Shown: piece after piece, positions 1-12,376 of the stretch
Numbering within the stretch: position 1 is the first letter of the stretch
Layout of the letters: each line of letters starts with the position of its first letter
From: Phallusia mammillata
Taxonomy: Eukaryota
DNA length: 64,000 nucleotides
Reading direction: 5' to 3'
Assembly (NCBI GenBank): GCA_965637545.1
Contig: OZ281495.1
Location: 20,770,001-20,834,000, forward strand
The notes under the pieces: model-generated
The model's input: the letters and a program-made list of their open reading frames with translations, nothing else
The model's database searches: none
Told to the model about the DNA's origin: nothing
Program-made: the position numbers and the translations under genes

Positions 1-605
1 GGAGTACGATTGAGTTATCCACGACAGCGATAGAACTATAGTAACTAAACATTGCAACAATGCATAAAGATGCCCATAAACAAAGCGTAAATTTTTAAAA
101 TCTCACAAAAGGCACAGAATAAAAAAGTCACGGAAGAAACTGGCGCCGATGCAAAGTAGAAAAAAATGTCAAAGTTACGTTTATTTTAATGCTTTGGATT
201 TAAGTTTAGAGTAGGGTTGCCTGTGTGAGTAAAATTCCTGACGGTTTAAATAAATACCTTTGGCGACACCAAACTTGCGTTGTATAGCAATGATGTTACA
301 TGTCACCAACCCAAACAGTTCCATTTGCGGTAAATATACGGCTAGACAGTTTTTGCGCGATATGTTTCTTTAAAGGGATTTTGTTAGCTTTAAAGGCACA
401 AAAAATCATCAAACAACCTTTAACTCAAGCTGATTAGTTGTTTCGCATATATGTAGGCTGCATTATGCATCAAAACTCCACATACAACATTTAAACCTCA
501 AAATGGTCGAGCCGAAACCAAATATTCGACCATGAGGTCAAAATGATTCAGTAATATTAGGCCGGACTTATAGAATCCCCTATCTGGTGGACATTTTAAC
601 TGAAC

Positions 606-923
606 TAGAGTTGCAAGTCGGGCCGGGCTTTTCGGGCCGGGTTCGGGCTTAGGTTTTTTCAAAAAACGGGCCTGATTCGGCCCTGACTTTACACTCTGTT
701 TCAGCATTTTGTAATATAATTAGCTATAAGTAGCCAGTTGATGGTCCTGACCTAAAGTCAAACAGGCTTAAAACGCCCTTTTCACGACGAATTGTCTATT
801 GTGTTTGTTTTCTTGGTCTTTCTTGGTGCTTCAATTTATAGGCCTGTCAATCAAACTTTCGGGCTTAAACGGGCTTCTTAAAAACGAATTGAGTTCGGGC
901 CGATGGCTCAATATATTACTCTA
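606..923 (+). mobile_element. MITE-like dispersed repeat (family also at ~48960-49296, 53219-53595, 54114-54290)
   Basis: Shared core (cgggccggg...ttcgggcttaggttttttcaaaaaacgggcctgattcgg...ctgactttacactctg) recurs in both orientations; the 53219 copy has CAGAGTTG-type TIRs and an 8-bp TSD. Boundaries of this copy are approximate. Confidence 0.7.
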
Positions 924-1030
924 CAAGTGGGAAATTCCCCTTCACTTCCCCAATAGCTTGGGACAAAAAACATAACCAACATATTGTGAATATCTGTGAC
1001 AATTAAAAAAAATAACAGTCTTTATTGCAG

Positions 1031-2137
1031 GAACATGATGCCGCTCACAAATGATAGACAAGTTACAATGGAGAAAACACCAGTATATTTTGCTTTTCCA
1101 CCCTTAAATACCCCACAGTTAATAAAATCATCTATTCCCGATGTAAAACTGATTCTGATCGTCTGTGATCCAACCACAAGAGCGTTTTCCGATTTTATTC
1201 ACGAAGTATGTTGTTTTGAAAATACATAATTTACTTGTACTTAGGAATTGTGGCTAATAAAGATGGGTAATGTTTCGTCTTACCATATGTGTCACCATGA
1301 TGTAGGTTCACCAACCATTTTCTTGTCAAAGTTTGTAGACAATCACGGTTAGAATCGTTAGCCTTGTTCGATGTGATATGAATACCCTGCTTTATATTAT
1401 GACCGAAACAAAAAATGTTGAGTTTTTGATTCAAAACTACACAAGCTAGTTTTAAATTTTAAATTATCATAACCTAACAAAGTTACAGAACGTGTGCAAA
1501 ATTACTTCCTGATTATATTTGATTTTTTTAAATATCACTTTTGCTGCAGAGAATAAGACATGACCTCTACGATGACCCAATGATAAAAAAATACAAAACA
1601 TTTGAGGAATATGTTGATGAATATCTTCCAAAACTGCAACACAACATCGAAGAATGGCAAAAATATCTTCATTCGACATTCGGATTGGCGAGAAAAAATC
1701 GTCGACTTAGTCCGCACCGATCAAGCTTCGACACTGCTATCCAATGGAATCTATTCAGCTCACATTAAAGAGTGGCAGCGTTTGTTCAACCCTTCCAGTT
1801 TAAAAGTTGTAGACGGTAACCGATTCATAGATAACCCTGGTTTAATTATTGAAGACCTTCAAGATTTTATTGGAATCCCGAAAGTTTTATTGAGGGAGGA
1901 CTTTGTTCGCCATCCAGACACGGGGTTCTTTTGCTATCGTCAGATAACAGCGCAACATAAGTACACAAAGTCAGTGGGCGATGTCAAACAACTCAAGTGT
2001 TTGGAAGGGGAAAAGGTCGTACTCGCAATGGTAAGCAGAAAGCCAACGCGGAAACTATGGAAAAACTGCGAGCATTTTATCGCCCCTTTAATCAGCAATT
2101 TTTTTAAGATGTTGAGGACGTTTCTAATTGGGATTAA
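1031..2137 (+). pseudogene. HS3ST-like sulfotransferase copy C, last two exons (1031-1205, 1550-2137), frameshifted
   Basis: Exon 1031-1205 has AG/GT boundaries and MEKTP and CDPTTRAFSDF motifs. Exon 1550-2137 aligns to the intact exon at 22969-23568 but has a +1 shift near 1665, a -1 shift near 2005 (ggaaggggaaaagg) and a TAA at ~2105 before the homologous stop. Upstream exons are not seen in the window. Confidence 0.85.
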
Positions 2138-3171
2138 AATGCCAATCCATTAATCCGAACACCTATGGCCTGAAACGCGGCCACTTTGGTCAGCCTGTCT
2201 TTTTATAATTTACTTGGCCACACTCCATGGAGAAAACCTTTCAACTTGTGTCTTAACTTAAAAAAACTCATGCGATTGTGAATCAGCGTGATATTTTGTG
2301 CCTTTTAACAAGTTGTTGAACAACAAATCCAAGATCGTCTGATGTTCTATTTCCGAGGAACACCAGACATAGGCCTACTAACACTGGACGTAAGAGGTGT
2401 TTTCTCTAATGGCTGCTGATGTTTCCTTTGCGGTTCGTTTTTTAATACTTCTCGATAGAATAGAAGGAAAAGGCTAGAACAAAAAAGGTTAACCAGTGCG
2501 CTTTAATGTATAACCTGGATGAAGGCGTTAAATCCTACACAAAGCAGCGTCTAACCACTGCGCAGGACGAAACATACGAGTATTAAAGCATATAAAAAGC
2601 AGATGACCAACTCGCATCTCCATCCTAATTAACTGCAACAGAAAATATTACAACGTTCAAACATTTGGCAATACAGTTGAATTAGGTTGACACACATTGA
2701 CTTCTTGCGAGCTTATCGAGTCGCAACGCGCTTTTTTGGAAAATAACAATTGCAGAATTTTCACAAATCATCATTGCAATCGCGACAGTATAATACTGCC
2801 ACAAAATGTTTTTATGTTGTAGTTTGCCATAGCTTTGCAATATTGCATGGGGTAATGATTATTATGCTCATACAATTGAGTCACAATTGTCTGGATCTTT
2901 AGAGCTATAAAGCATAAAGTGTTTATTTTGTAAGTCTAGTGGTGCAAGAAAATGCAAAAAAACTTGCAGGACATCGTAAAGTTGTGGATCGTAAATGGTT
3001 AAAAAATAATGTTTAATCTCATTGGTTTGAACCTGCTACAAGCAAAAACTAACTAACTTTTTTATTTTACTATTATTGTCACGGCTAGTTTTAACTATTT
3101 ATATTATTTACTGCGATATAAAGTTTATATTATGTAAAGACTCTGTTCCATGTGACGTTTTCATTCTATAA

Positions 3172-3612
3172 TAGGGTTAACAGACGTCCGGAAATAATTT
3201 TTGAAAAAAACTCTTATGTCCTAAATTTTTGCGTCGTGTAGCCTAAACTGCGGTAGTTTTCACATTTTTTACGAGGTCTTAAATGTTCATGTTATAACGG
3301 TTTTCTGTGCTGATTTTGATGCACGAAGCACCCTACCGCGTACATTCATCTTCATGCGAGACAACACGTCGTCTTGAAAGCTAACAATACTATGCCAAAA
3401 GACCGAATCTTGTAAATGTTTGTAACTTATTTAGAAATAAAACTGCTCTTTTTATCTCTGTGATAGTAATGATATTTCATCCAAAATGGCATTGTTTTGG
3501 ATGGTATAACGTGTAACAACATGCTATATAATGCATTGTAACGCAACTGTGGTCTCGCAAAACATTTATTGAAACCGTCCGGAATTTAGCTCACGGACAT
3601 ATGGAAACCCTA
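3172..3612. mobile_element. hAT-type MITE
   Basis: Imperfect TIRs TAGGGTTaacagacgtccgg / TAGGGTTtccatatgtccg; flanking 8-mers ttctataa / ttctatac. Confidence 0.65.
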
Positions 3613-4293
3613 TTCTATACGCAAGCATGGTTTGCTTTAAGTTGTAGGTCAATAAACAACAATATGCGTCTTAAGAAATGTGTAATTCAGGACTGTTGTC
3701 ACAAAAGTCACAACAGGCTATTTAGGAATTTTATCTTGAAAACGAATTTTTATCTATTGCCGCAAATCAAATAGGACTTCTAACTTACCACCAAAACAGA
3801 ATGATAAAATAATATTAAACTTCAACTTAATAGCTAGTGAAATAAAACCTAGGTTGCGCCTTAAAACTCACAAAATAATAATAAGTTAAGCTTTAAAAAA
3901 ATGTGTTAAACGAAAACTTCTAAACACACGCCAAAACAGGTGACCATCTTTTGCAGGAGCAAATTTGATTAGTTAACGGACAAACAAAGAGTTGTAGCAG
4001 TTCTGCTACACATTGTAAACATTTTTGACTTTTTGACTTTTATTTAAATGCACATTTTGCTTTATACGGCAGCTTTAGAAAAACACATATTTCGGTTAGT
4101 TAAATCCAAATAAGCGTTCTAAAAGAATAGACAATCACTTGACAAACCCAAATTTTGTTTGTTCCATCTGGTAGTGTACTGTCGTTAATGTACGGAAGTC
4201 ATTACATCCTACGTCTTTTTGGATTGTTCCTAAACATAACAAACAATTAACACCATTTCTTAGTATGGGTAGTAAGAAAACTCGGAAGTTCAG

Positions 4294-4468
4294 AAAAAGA
4301 ATGCCGCCGACAAACGATAAACAAATCGCAATGGAAAAGACACCAATATATTTTGCTTTTCCACCGACAAACATTCCATACAGAATCAAAACATCAATTC
4401 CTGGTGTAAAGCTTATTCTAATCGTCTACGATCCAACCCTGAGAGGGTTTTCGGAGCATGTGCATGAG
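4294..4468 (+). pseudogene. Orphan HS3ST-like exon (copy D)
   Basis: 175-nt exon, the same length and phase as 44524-44698 and 1031-1205 (RKRMPPTNDKQIAMEKTP...); AG acceptor present, donor GTGAGT mutated to ATGAGT; no flanking exons found on the + strand. Confidence 0.85.
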
Positions 4469-4517
4469 ATGAGTTTATAAACAGGTGGTATCCAAATCGT
4501 TATGTGTGTGTATAACC

Positions 4518-5004
4518 CAGCGGTTCTCAAACTGGGGTCCGAGGTCCCTTAGGGGTCTGCCAAGCGATTTCAGAGGGACCGCGAGGAGCCTAAAGTATTT
4601 CTACAATCATATGTATATCAGCTCTTACGATTGTATAAGCGAAAATTAGACAGACATATGGGTATTCTGTGACAAGAAGTGGTCCATTACTTCATTTCCA
4701 AGTAACAAACAGAGACGATTGTTCGCGCACTATGTTTATAATGTTTTATTCTTGCTTGTGACGTAATAAATCGCCTTTGGAACAATCCCACGCAAAGTGA
4801 TCTTACAACACTAAACTAAATTCATTCTGCATGTTATTGTGGAAATACTTTCGAAAGCAATAAACTTTTAGTTGGTAACTTGGCAGTTTTATTTTGCCGA
4901 GATGTGTTTAGTTTTTAGTTTATATTTAGCTTCGACCGCGAGTGCTCGAAAAAATTGCAAAGGGACCGTTATGACAAAAAATTCAAAAAGTTTGAGAACC
5001 GCTG
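4518..5004. mobile_element. hAT (Charlie/Buster-like) MITE; second, right-truncated copy at ~17023-17500
   Basis: TIRs CAGCGGTTCTCAAACT / AGTTTGAGAACCGCTG; degenerate TSD gtataacc / gtatacaa; internal sequence co-linear with 17023-17500. Confidence 0.8.
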
Positions 5005-5416
5005 GTATACAACCGAATCTTTGCAAAAATGGCCGATTCGGCCGAATAAACTTGGCAACCAAATATTCGGTACATCTCTAGCTTTAAGTGCCACGCTTAA
5101 GACACGGTACGATTTTTCTACGGGGTTCGAACCCAAGACATAGTCGTTCGCTCCGGACAATTCCACCTAGTTCTGTTTTTCACGCCGCCAAAACTCGACT
5201 CACGCCGCCAAAACTCGAACACTTTATAAATGACTATTTATATTCAATAATTGGAACAATAAAACCATTTCTTTCTAGTCAACTTCACAGCAATGGTATC
5301 AGAACTTTAAAATTAATTAAGTTATAATGGTTTATTTTTACATAGCTTTTGTACATTTGTGTTCAAATAATACGGCTGGATTCCAAAAAGAGTGCCACAC
5401 AAAATAGCTGTAAGTC

Positions 5417-5912
5417 CAGGGGTCACCAAACTTTTATTTACTGCGGGCCGGATAAGTTTAATAATAATTCGCGCGGGCCGGATAGTTTACTTGCCCTATA
5501 GCGCCGTCTTTGCGAACTTAGCCCGCAAGGCGATTTTGATAGGGGCGCTAAGATATGGTCTTTCTATAATCCCATTGAAAATCTGGTGATGCGACTGTTA
5601 AATTGCATAGTTAGTCTCATCTTACAAGCAACGCTTGCATATTACGTCACAAGTGACTAAAGAAAGCAATTGTTTGCGCACAATTAACACTTTTAGTCTT
5701 GTTTGTGACCTAACAAACTGGCTTTGGGTCAATCCTGGGCGTTGTAATCCCATAAAACAAGGTAATATCAATTCTACATATCGCGACAGGAAAACTTTCG
5801 TAAGAAGTAGATTAATTTTTAAATGTTACAAAGTTATCAATGCGATTTGACAAACCAAAAAATGTGGTCGCGGTCCGGATCCGGCCCGCGGGCCGTAGTT
5901 TGGTGACCCCTG
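5417..5912. mobile_element. hAT MITE
   Basis: TIRs CAGGGGTCACCAAAC / GTTTGGTGACCCCTG; perfect 8-bp TSD TGTAAGTC; subterminal cggcccgcgggccg motifs. Confidence 0.92.
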
Positions 5913-6888
5913 TGTAAGTCAATTGTTGCATTTTTTGTTTTAACCATTGAAAGTCAATCGTTCTTTTTAGAATCAAGACAAAATGCGCTGCGACTTTTTG
6001 AAGAAAACACTTGGAACGACGTGGTTTTGCTATCGCCCGCACAAATATGGTCTGGTTCCAAAGAAATAATCTGGTAGCAACGAACTGATGCAAAATTAGA
6101 ACATAATGAGTGCAAGAAGTTGTTTAACACAACACTAAACAGAGAAATTAACGTATTCCAAATCAAATTTGACTAAAAGCGAGTTTGCAAAGGATTTTAC
6201 GTTTAATCTGTGGGACTGCTTACCCAATCTGAATGATACAACTGATTTTTCCTAGTTCCCAGTAGTTTGCCATGCGGTGGTAATGCCAACAATAATCCTT
6301 ATGCGCGGTTTCGACCGAATCCAAATTAAGCCGATTCGGTACATTTATGACAGTAAATATCCAAACATTTGCAAGGACTTGTTTACAATTGCACAAACAA
6401 ACATAGCATATTTTAAAACAATGTATGTTAATTATTTTACTTTATGTTGAGTCACATGTGTCATTTTTGTATCTTGAACGTTATATTATTTTTAATGTAA
6501 CAAAGCTTTTCAACTTCAAACATAATTTATTGGTTTGTGTGTGACCCAAAGTCAACAGAAGTTATTCCGAACGTTGATACTGAGCACTATAAGCGCATGA
6601 AACTTCTTGGGTCAAGTAAATATACTGTGGCGTATTTTCATGGCTACTCAAACCAACTCAAATTTGCGAAAAAAAGAATTACACATGGTTATCTAGTAAA
6701 GTTGCACTTGTAAAATCACTTATACAGTTCCTTCTGTGATAAACAAAACCCTTCATTGTGGCCGTTTTATAGTCGCAAATTTAAATGTATAAAATGCCAC
6801 AAATACGTTGCTGTTTTTTGTTTGATTGAACAGCAACCTCTTTTAATTTTTGACATCGGTATACTGTGGATTCGTCGGTAAAAAGTTT

Positions 6889-7300
6889 GTAACGTCCCGT
6901 GAACGCGCCCCGGTTATAGCGCGAAACGTCACACTAGGAAAGAATTGAAACGTGATTCCTAAAGGCCTCCAACAAGCAGTCAACACAGATAAGTGTTTTG
7001 CTGATCTTATTAGGCGAATTCTTTGAATGCAGGACAAGGAGGACGGTAGGAGCACATGGAAAACGAACAGGAAACGGTTTCTACAAAATGCATGACATTA
7101 ACACACTGCGCTTTAAATGCAGAAATATAGCACAAATCTTACCAACTGTTGTGGTAACCGGACAGAGTAAATAGCAAGGGTATTCAATTCGCATCAATTA
7201 CTGGTACACACGTAAACATACAATAACATATATCACCACGATGCGCCTTTATAACGTCACACACAGTTCTTACCAAGCTTAAAGCTATGTTGGGTGACAG
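6889..7300 (-). mobile_element. Diverged solo-LTR fragment related to the BEL/Pao LTR at 32489-33808
   Basis: Reverse complement matches the LTR 3' end (tgtaacgtcccgtgaacgcgccccggtta...) and stays co-linear for ~400 bp until the hAT terminus at 7306. Confidence 0.75.
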
Positions 7301-7305
7301 TACAG

Positions 7306-9480
7306 CAGGCCTGCACAACTCAAAACAACGCAAGGCCCACAAAGGAACATATAAATGTTTCGCGGGCCGCATGCTAACGTATTTTAAATGTTTGTGAAGT
7401 AAAATCGGCGAGCACTTGGCCGGAAACCGTACGTCTCTGTATAAGTCTATAATAACTCTATTGGAGTGTACCACAATACTGTTTTAAAAACTTATCGGTC
7501 ATGCTGGATATAACTGTTATAACCAAGGCAAAATTTGAAATTTGTTCTGTCTATCTCTTATAGTTATAACTTTCTTTCGTCGCTGACAAACAATATCACA
7601 TGAACGAATAAATTTTCTTAAGCATCAACATCAACCCAAAGAACACAATTTGTAACTAAAATTCAATGAGAGATGTTGCATCTTTTGTTGGCAACAAGCG
7701 CGTCGTAATCAGGCACGAGGCTGGAACTTGAAATTTTTAGAATATCCTCCAAATGTCCATCAGCAAGTGAAGATCGCTGTTTGTTTTTATTAAAGTTTAA
7801 TACAGAGAAAGTTTGTTCACATATGTAAGTGCTGCCGAATAAACTGAACATTTGTTTTGCGAGAGTTACCAAATTTTTAAACTTTTCTTGGTGCAAACAC
7901 TTGTAAAAGTCTTGCAAATTGCTTTCTTCGTGTTTTCTTTTAAGTAAAGACGAAGCTTGCAAATCAATAACCTCCATTTGCAAATGTGAAGGTGCCTCTT
8001 CCGGATATATGGAAAACGGGTATATGGAAAACGGGTTTTCGACGATTTTAAGCTGCAGTTTTTCTTCACAGGAAAGAGAAAGCCGGTCGTTGAATTCTTT
8101 AATAAGGAGTTCGATTTGTTGGGCGTATTTAGTTCCTGTGGCCAAATGCCTCTCTTGCGAAATATGCTGCGAACAGGTCGGAAAATGTACCAATATTCCT
8201 TTCAAAAGACAAGAAATTCGAAAATAAATGCTCCTTTTCCTTGAAGCCTAATGTTGAGCTCATTCAAATGTGAAGCAATGTCGCAAAGAAAACACAAATC
8301 TTCGTTCCAAGAAGAATCATTGAGCTCAGAAAATCGCTTTTGCGGATCTGTTTTAAGAAAACTTGTTATTTCCTCTTTCAAACCTACGAACCTTTTCAAA
8401 ACTTTTGATCGGCTTAGCCACCTCACATCTGTATGGTACACCACGTCACCATATTCTGCACCAGCTTCTTCAAGAAACGAATTAAATCAGTGGTTCTCAA
8501 ACTTTTTTATTGTTGGGGCCAAGTGGTATTTTTTAAGTGTGTAGGGAGCCGCAAAACAATGAAACCTTGAGAAAATCACTAAAGAAGATGACTTTGAAAG
8601 CTAAAATAGCAATGTTTGGTGGCTTTCTGAGGTCTGGTGCGAGCCGCAAAATAAGTAGTTGGGAGCCGCATGCGGCCCCGAAAACCGAGTTTGAGAACCA
8701 CTGATTTAAATAGTCGATGCTTCAGTTTCCTGGTTCGGATGTAATTTACAATGGAAACAGCAACAGACATCACATGGTCAAATTGCAATACCTTGCTGCA
8801 TAGCACCTGTTGGTGTATGATGCAGTGGTGACAAATTATTTTTCTACCGATAAATGATTGCAGACAAGCCATTGCTCCATTTTTACACCCACACATAGCA
8901 GGAGCACCGTCAGTGCACATTCCAACCAAATTTTCAAAATCACTGGATAATTCGGTAGTAATGCAATCAATGATTTCGTTGCAGATTTCTTTTCCAGACG
9001 TCCGACCTTTCATAGACTGCATACCAGCAAGCTCCTCAGATATGTTGAAATTGTCATCAATACCTCTTATAAACACCAAAAGCTGTGCTGTATCAGTACA
9101 ATCTGTGCTTTCATCCACAGCCAAAGAATAGAATGCGAATCCTTTAATTTCTTCATGCAGCTGGTCGGTCAAGTTTTGTGCAATATCTTCAACTCTTCTT
9201 TGTACAGTTGATCGAGATAGGCTAATTTTTCGAAATTTATCAAGATTTTTTGGGCAAATCGATGAAACAGCACTCAACATGCATTTTTTAACAAACTCGC
9301 CCTCTGTGAAACTTTTTCCTGCTGCAGCAATTTCCCTGGCTATCTCAAAACTCACTTTGGTAACAGATACACTTTCATTGCCCGGAAGCTTGAACAAGTT
9401 TTGTTCTGAGCAAAGTTTCTTACGTAAACTCTCTGCTTTAAGACTCTATTCACTGGCATCTAATTTTGTGAGGTCCGGGT
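7306..9480 (-). mobile_element. Decayed hAT (Charlie/SPIN-like, GTF2IRD2/EPM2AIP1-type) transposon, 5'-truncated
   Basis: ORFs 8579-9397, 8202-8444 and 7663-8205 join into one transposase (SLAVDESTD, CTDGAPAM, HCIIHQQ, VRWLSR, FGSTYICEQTFS); TIR CAGGCCTGCACAAC at 7306; interrupted by a MITE, a frameshift near 8205 and a 15-bp tandem duplication (~8004-8040). Confidence 0.92.
8488..8703. mobile_element. 216-bp hAT MITE inserted in the transposase
   Basis: TIRs CAGTGGTTCTCAAACT / AGTTTGAGAACCACTG; TSD aattaaat / atttaaat; removing it restores ...HRLFKSFLEEAGAEYGDVVYH... Confidence 0.92.
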
Positions 9481-9803
9481 GATTACCATTGTTACGCGAT
9501 AAAGACCCATGAATGGCATATTGTGTCCAAAATGATACAGCGGGTATAGGGTAAAATACATAAATTAACTCATTTCTGCAAACTGGTAGAGCCGAATTTA
9601 ATAAAACTTTTGCGTTCTAACATTTGAGCGTAATAATGTACACTGAAGTCTACTTGAAAATTAAGCGGGCATATTTACATGAAAATAGTTTTAATTTCGG
9701 CATTACCCCTATCGGAAAAATTGGGGTCGCGTGTAAATGCTGTTTCAATTTTCTTTTAAATTGGGGTCGCTTTCAAAAAAGGTTGAAGACCACTGGCCTA
9801 GAA

Positions 9804-10629
9804 CAGTGCTCCGCAACCGGTGTGCCGCGGCACACTGGTGTGCCGCAAGACGATGCGGGGTGTGCCGCCGCAAAACGTATAACTTTTTGTGTTAAATTTG
9901 TTTTTATTTTATTCATAGCAAATGATACAGTTCACAACACCACCAAACTAAAGCTACACTACTCACTACGCATTCATGTTTTATTACGTCATAATATACT
10001 TTATACTGGCTTAATGCAGGGGTCTCAAAACACGCGGCCCGGTGTGGCCCTAAGAGGGTTTTTGTGGGGCCCGCGAACTAACTTTTAAATTTTAGGTGTT
10101 TAGCTCAGGTGGAATACCCTGTCAGGCCACCGATTTTAAGAAACAATCATTCTTTATAAGTATTGGTTGAAAATAAATGCAACGTTTTAATCGTATGGTG
10201 GAAAGAGTCCCTCCTGTTGAAAATCAACAATTCATTCCAGTTGTTGAGTCATAGTTTTTAATTGTTTCGTCATTGTATGCCATTGTTTTCACACATAGTA
10301 GTTTATTGTACTTGCTTTTTTTAGTTTGCTACACTGTATATTCGTTTCTTGTTGATTGCATTACAAATGTGTACATGAAATGGCAAAAACGCACAACATT
10401 TTAAGCACATAATATTTTTGTTCATGTTACTTTTACAAAAAAGTTTAAATATTACGGCGCTTTACTAACGTAAAAAATGTTTTTGGCCCTCAAAGAAGCT
10501 TAAGACCCCTGACTTAATGCTTTTTTAGGCTTTCAAATATTCAAATCGCATTTTTTGGGTTCGGGTGTGCCGCCGAACATTTAAAGCTTGTATGGTGTGA
10601 CGTGCGTGAAAAAAGGTTGCGGAGCACTG
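9804..10629. mobile_element. hAT MITE hosting a nested MITE
   Basis: TIRs CAGTGCTCCGCAACC / GGTTGCGGAGCACTG; perfect TSD GCCTAGAA. Confidence 0.92.
10017..10511. mobile_element. Nested hAT MITE
   Basis: TIRs CAGGGGTCTCAA / TTAAGACCCCTG; TSD gcttaatg / acttaatg. Confidence 0.8.
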
Positions 10630-11369
10630 GCCTAGAAGACTCCCACGGAATTATTGTCGTTGAGCCGAATAGAATGAAACTTATTATAATTACAAAGAAC
10701 AAAATAAATCTTACTGACAACTGCAAATACAAAATGGAACCCGTTTAAGCGTATTTGACACACATTTCTCTTGATTCCGAAAAAGAAAAAAAGCGAAGCG
10801 CATCAGACATTTTGAAAAGAAACAAAGCATTAATATAAACCAAAACAATGATAGCAAACCAAGAACAATTACAATGTGGCAAAGTGCCCGGTTTATAGCT
10901 TCCTATAGGAAGCATTTTGTCCTCTATAATGTTAAATAATGATTATTGGTAAATATCAAATTATTAGTTACGTATATGAAGGTGCATTTTACGATGAAAA
11001 ATGAACATGGCATTTAGGCACTTCATGTGAATCATTGCCTTTTAGGGAATTTTAAAAAGAAAGTTGTTAGACTCGTTTACTATATTGGTCTGCATTTACG
11101 TATCGGGTTTCCAAAACCCACACATCATATAATGGAGTCGGGCATGCTTCTTTAAATTTGCAGCAAAGCGGATCGGTTCTTTTCAACCCATTCCATTTTA
11201 GCTTTGTGGCGAGACACAACATAACTATTCAAGGGCAAAACCATGGGGAGGTAAATATATTGAGTCATTGTGGACAAAATGAACGGTTAATACATCTGAA
11301 TAGGCCGAACTTGAACAACAAAGTGGTTTTGTAACCACCGCCGAACATTGGCTACGAGAGATTCTAGTT

Positions 11370-11510
11370 TAAAAAAAACACCGATCCTGTCCCCGTCGAA
11401 CTTTATCCAAGGGCTATCTCGGAAACGAGAAATATTGTGCGGTTATCACAGAAGTTCTTGTTAAATGAGTACTATGATTTTCTAGTGTAATTCTAATATG
11501 CGAATTTCTG
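11370..11510 (+). repeat. Dispersed repeat also at ~63030-63170
   Basis: Shared gtcgaactttatccaagggcta...gcggtta.cacagaagtt...tagtgtaattctaata block. Confidence 0.7.
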
Positions 11511-12376
11511 CGATATTTCAATGAATATTCAGAATTGAAATGAACCGGTGTTTTCTTTATTGATTTTTGCAAGGGTATAATGTAAAAAAAATCCACTGCA
11601 AACCCGTTTTATAATTGAAAAGGCTTTGTCAAAGTTTGATGCGTTCCCGTTTTTTTTTAAAAAACGAGTGTATCATCCGCCAGGAGTGAGACCTCAAAAT
11701 CGGTGCCATTCAGATTAAGCCCTATTTCGTCAACTTGGCGAAGCGCCGCGGCTAAGCATTCAATACAAAGCACAAATAGAATGGGAGATAGGGGATCTCC
11801 CTGCCTTACACCTCTTTCGATTTTAGAACCAATAAGGTATGCTGAAAGCGACCAACTTCTATGGGGTTACATTTCTGTTTCGCTAACCTGAACATACTGA
11901 AACTTTGCAGGCTGTTTCTGACTATAATTCCAGGTTGTCTCGTGAAAACTGTTTAATTGTATCTCAGTTCGTTCGTGTTTGAGACTCAACAAGGCAGGGT
12001 TCACCCACCTTTTTAATGCCGAAGGCAACCTAAAGATTACGAATTGGCTCGAGGTGTACCAGTTAAAAACATAAGTAAATGTTGTATTCTTCAAGTTGTT
12101 GTATTTACGACACCAAGTAAACGGAAATAAAATAGAATGATTAAACTCAACATGCGCAGCATTATATAGGCAACGATTATCCATTTACATTCCACGGAAA
12201 ACACGCCAGATTAGGAATAGTGTGCTTGCGGACCATACTTGAAATGTAAGGAATGCTGCACTGCGCTAAAGGCATACAAGGCTCGAAATGAGGTGCTAAT
12301 TAAAACACAACGTTCGAAATTACAACGCAACAATAGAAATCCTTAACACCTCCCCAACAAGTATGAAAAACGATAA

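Noticed and set aside
5120-5160. B-box-like GGTTCGAACCC (also ~18510)
   Set aside because: No complete cloverleaf or A box; at most decayed SINE heads.
9624-10088. 154-aa ORF
   Set aside because: Runs across three adjoining MITEs and has no recognisable motif.
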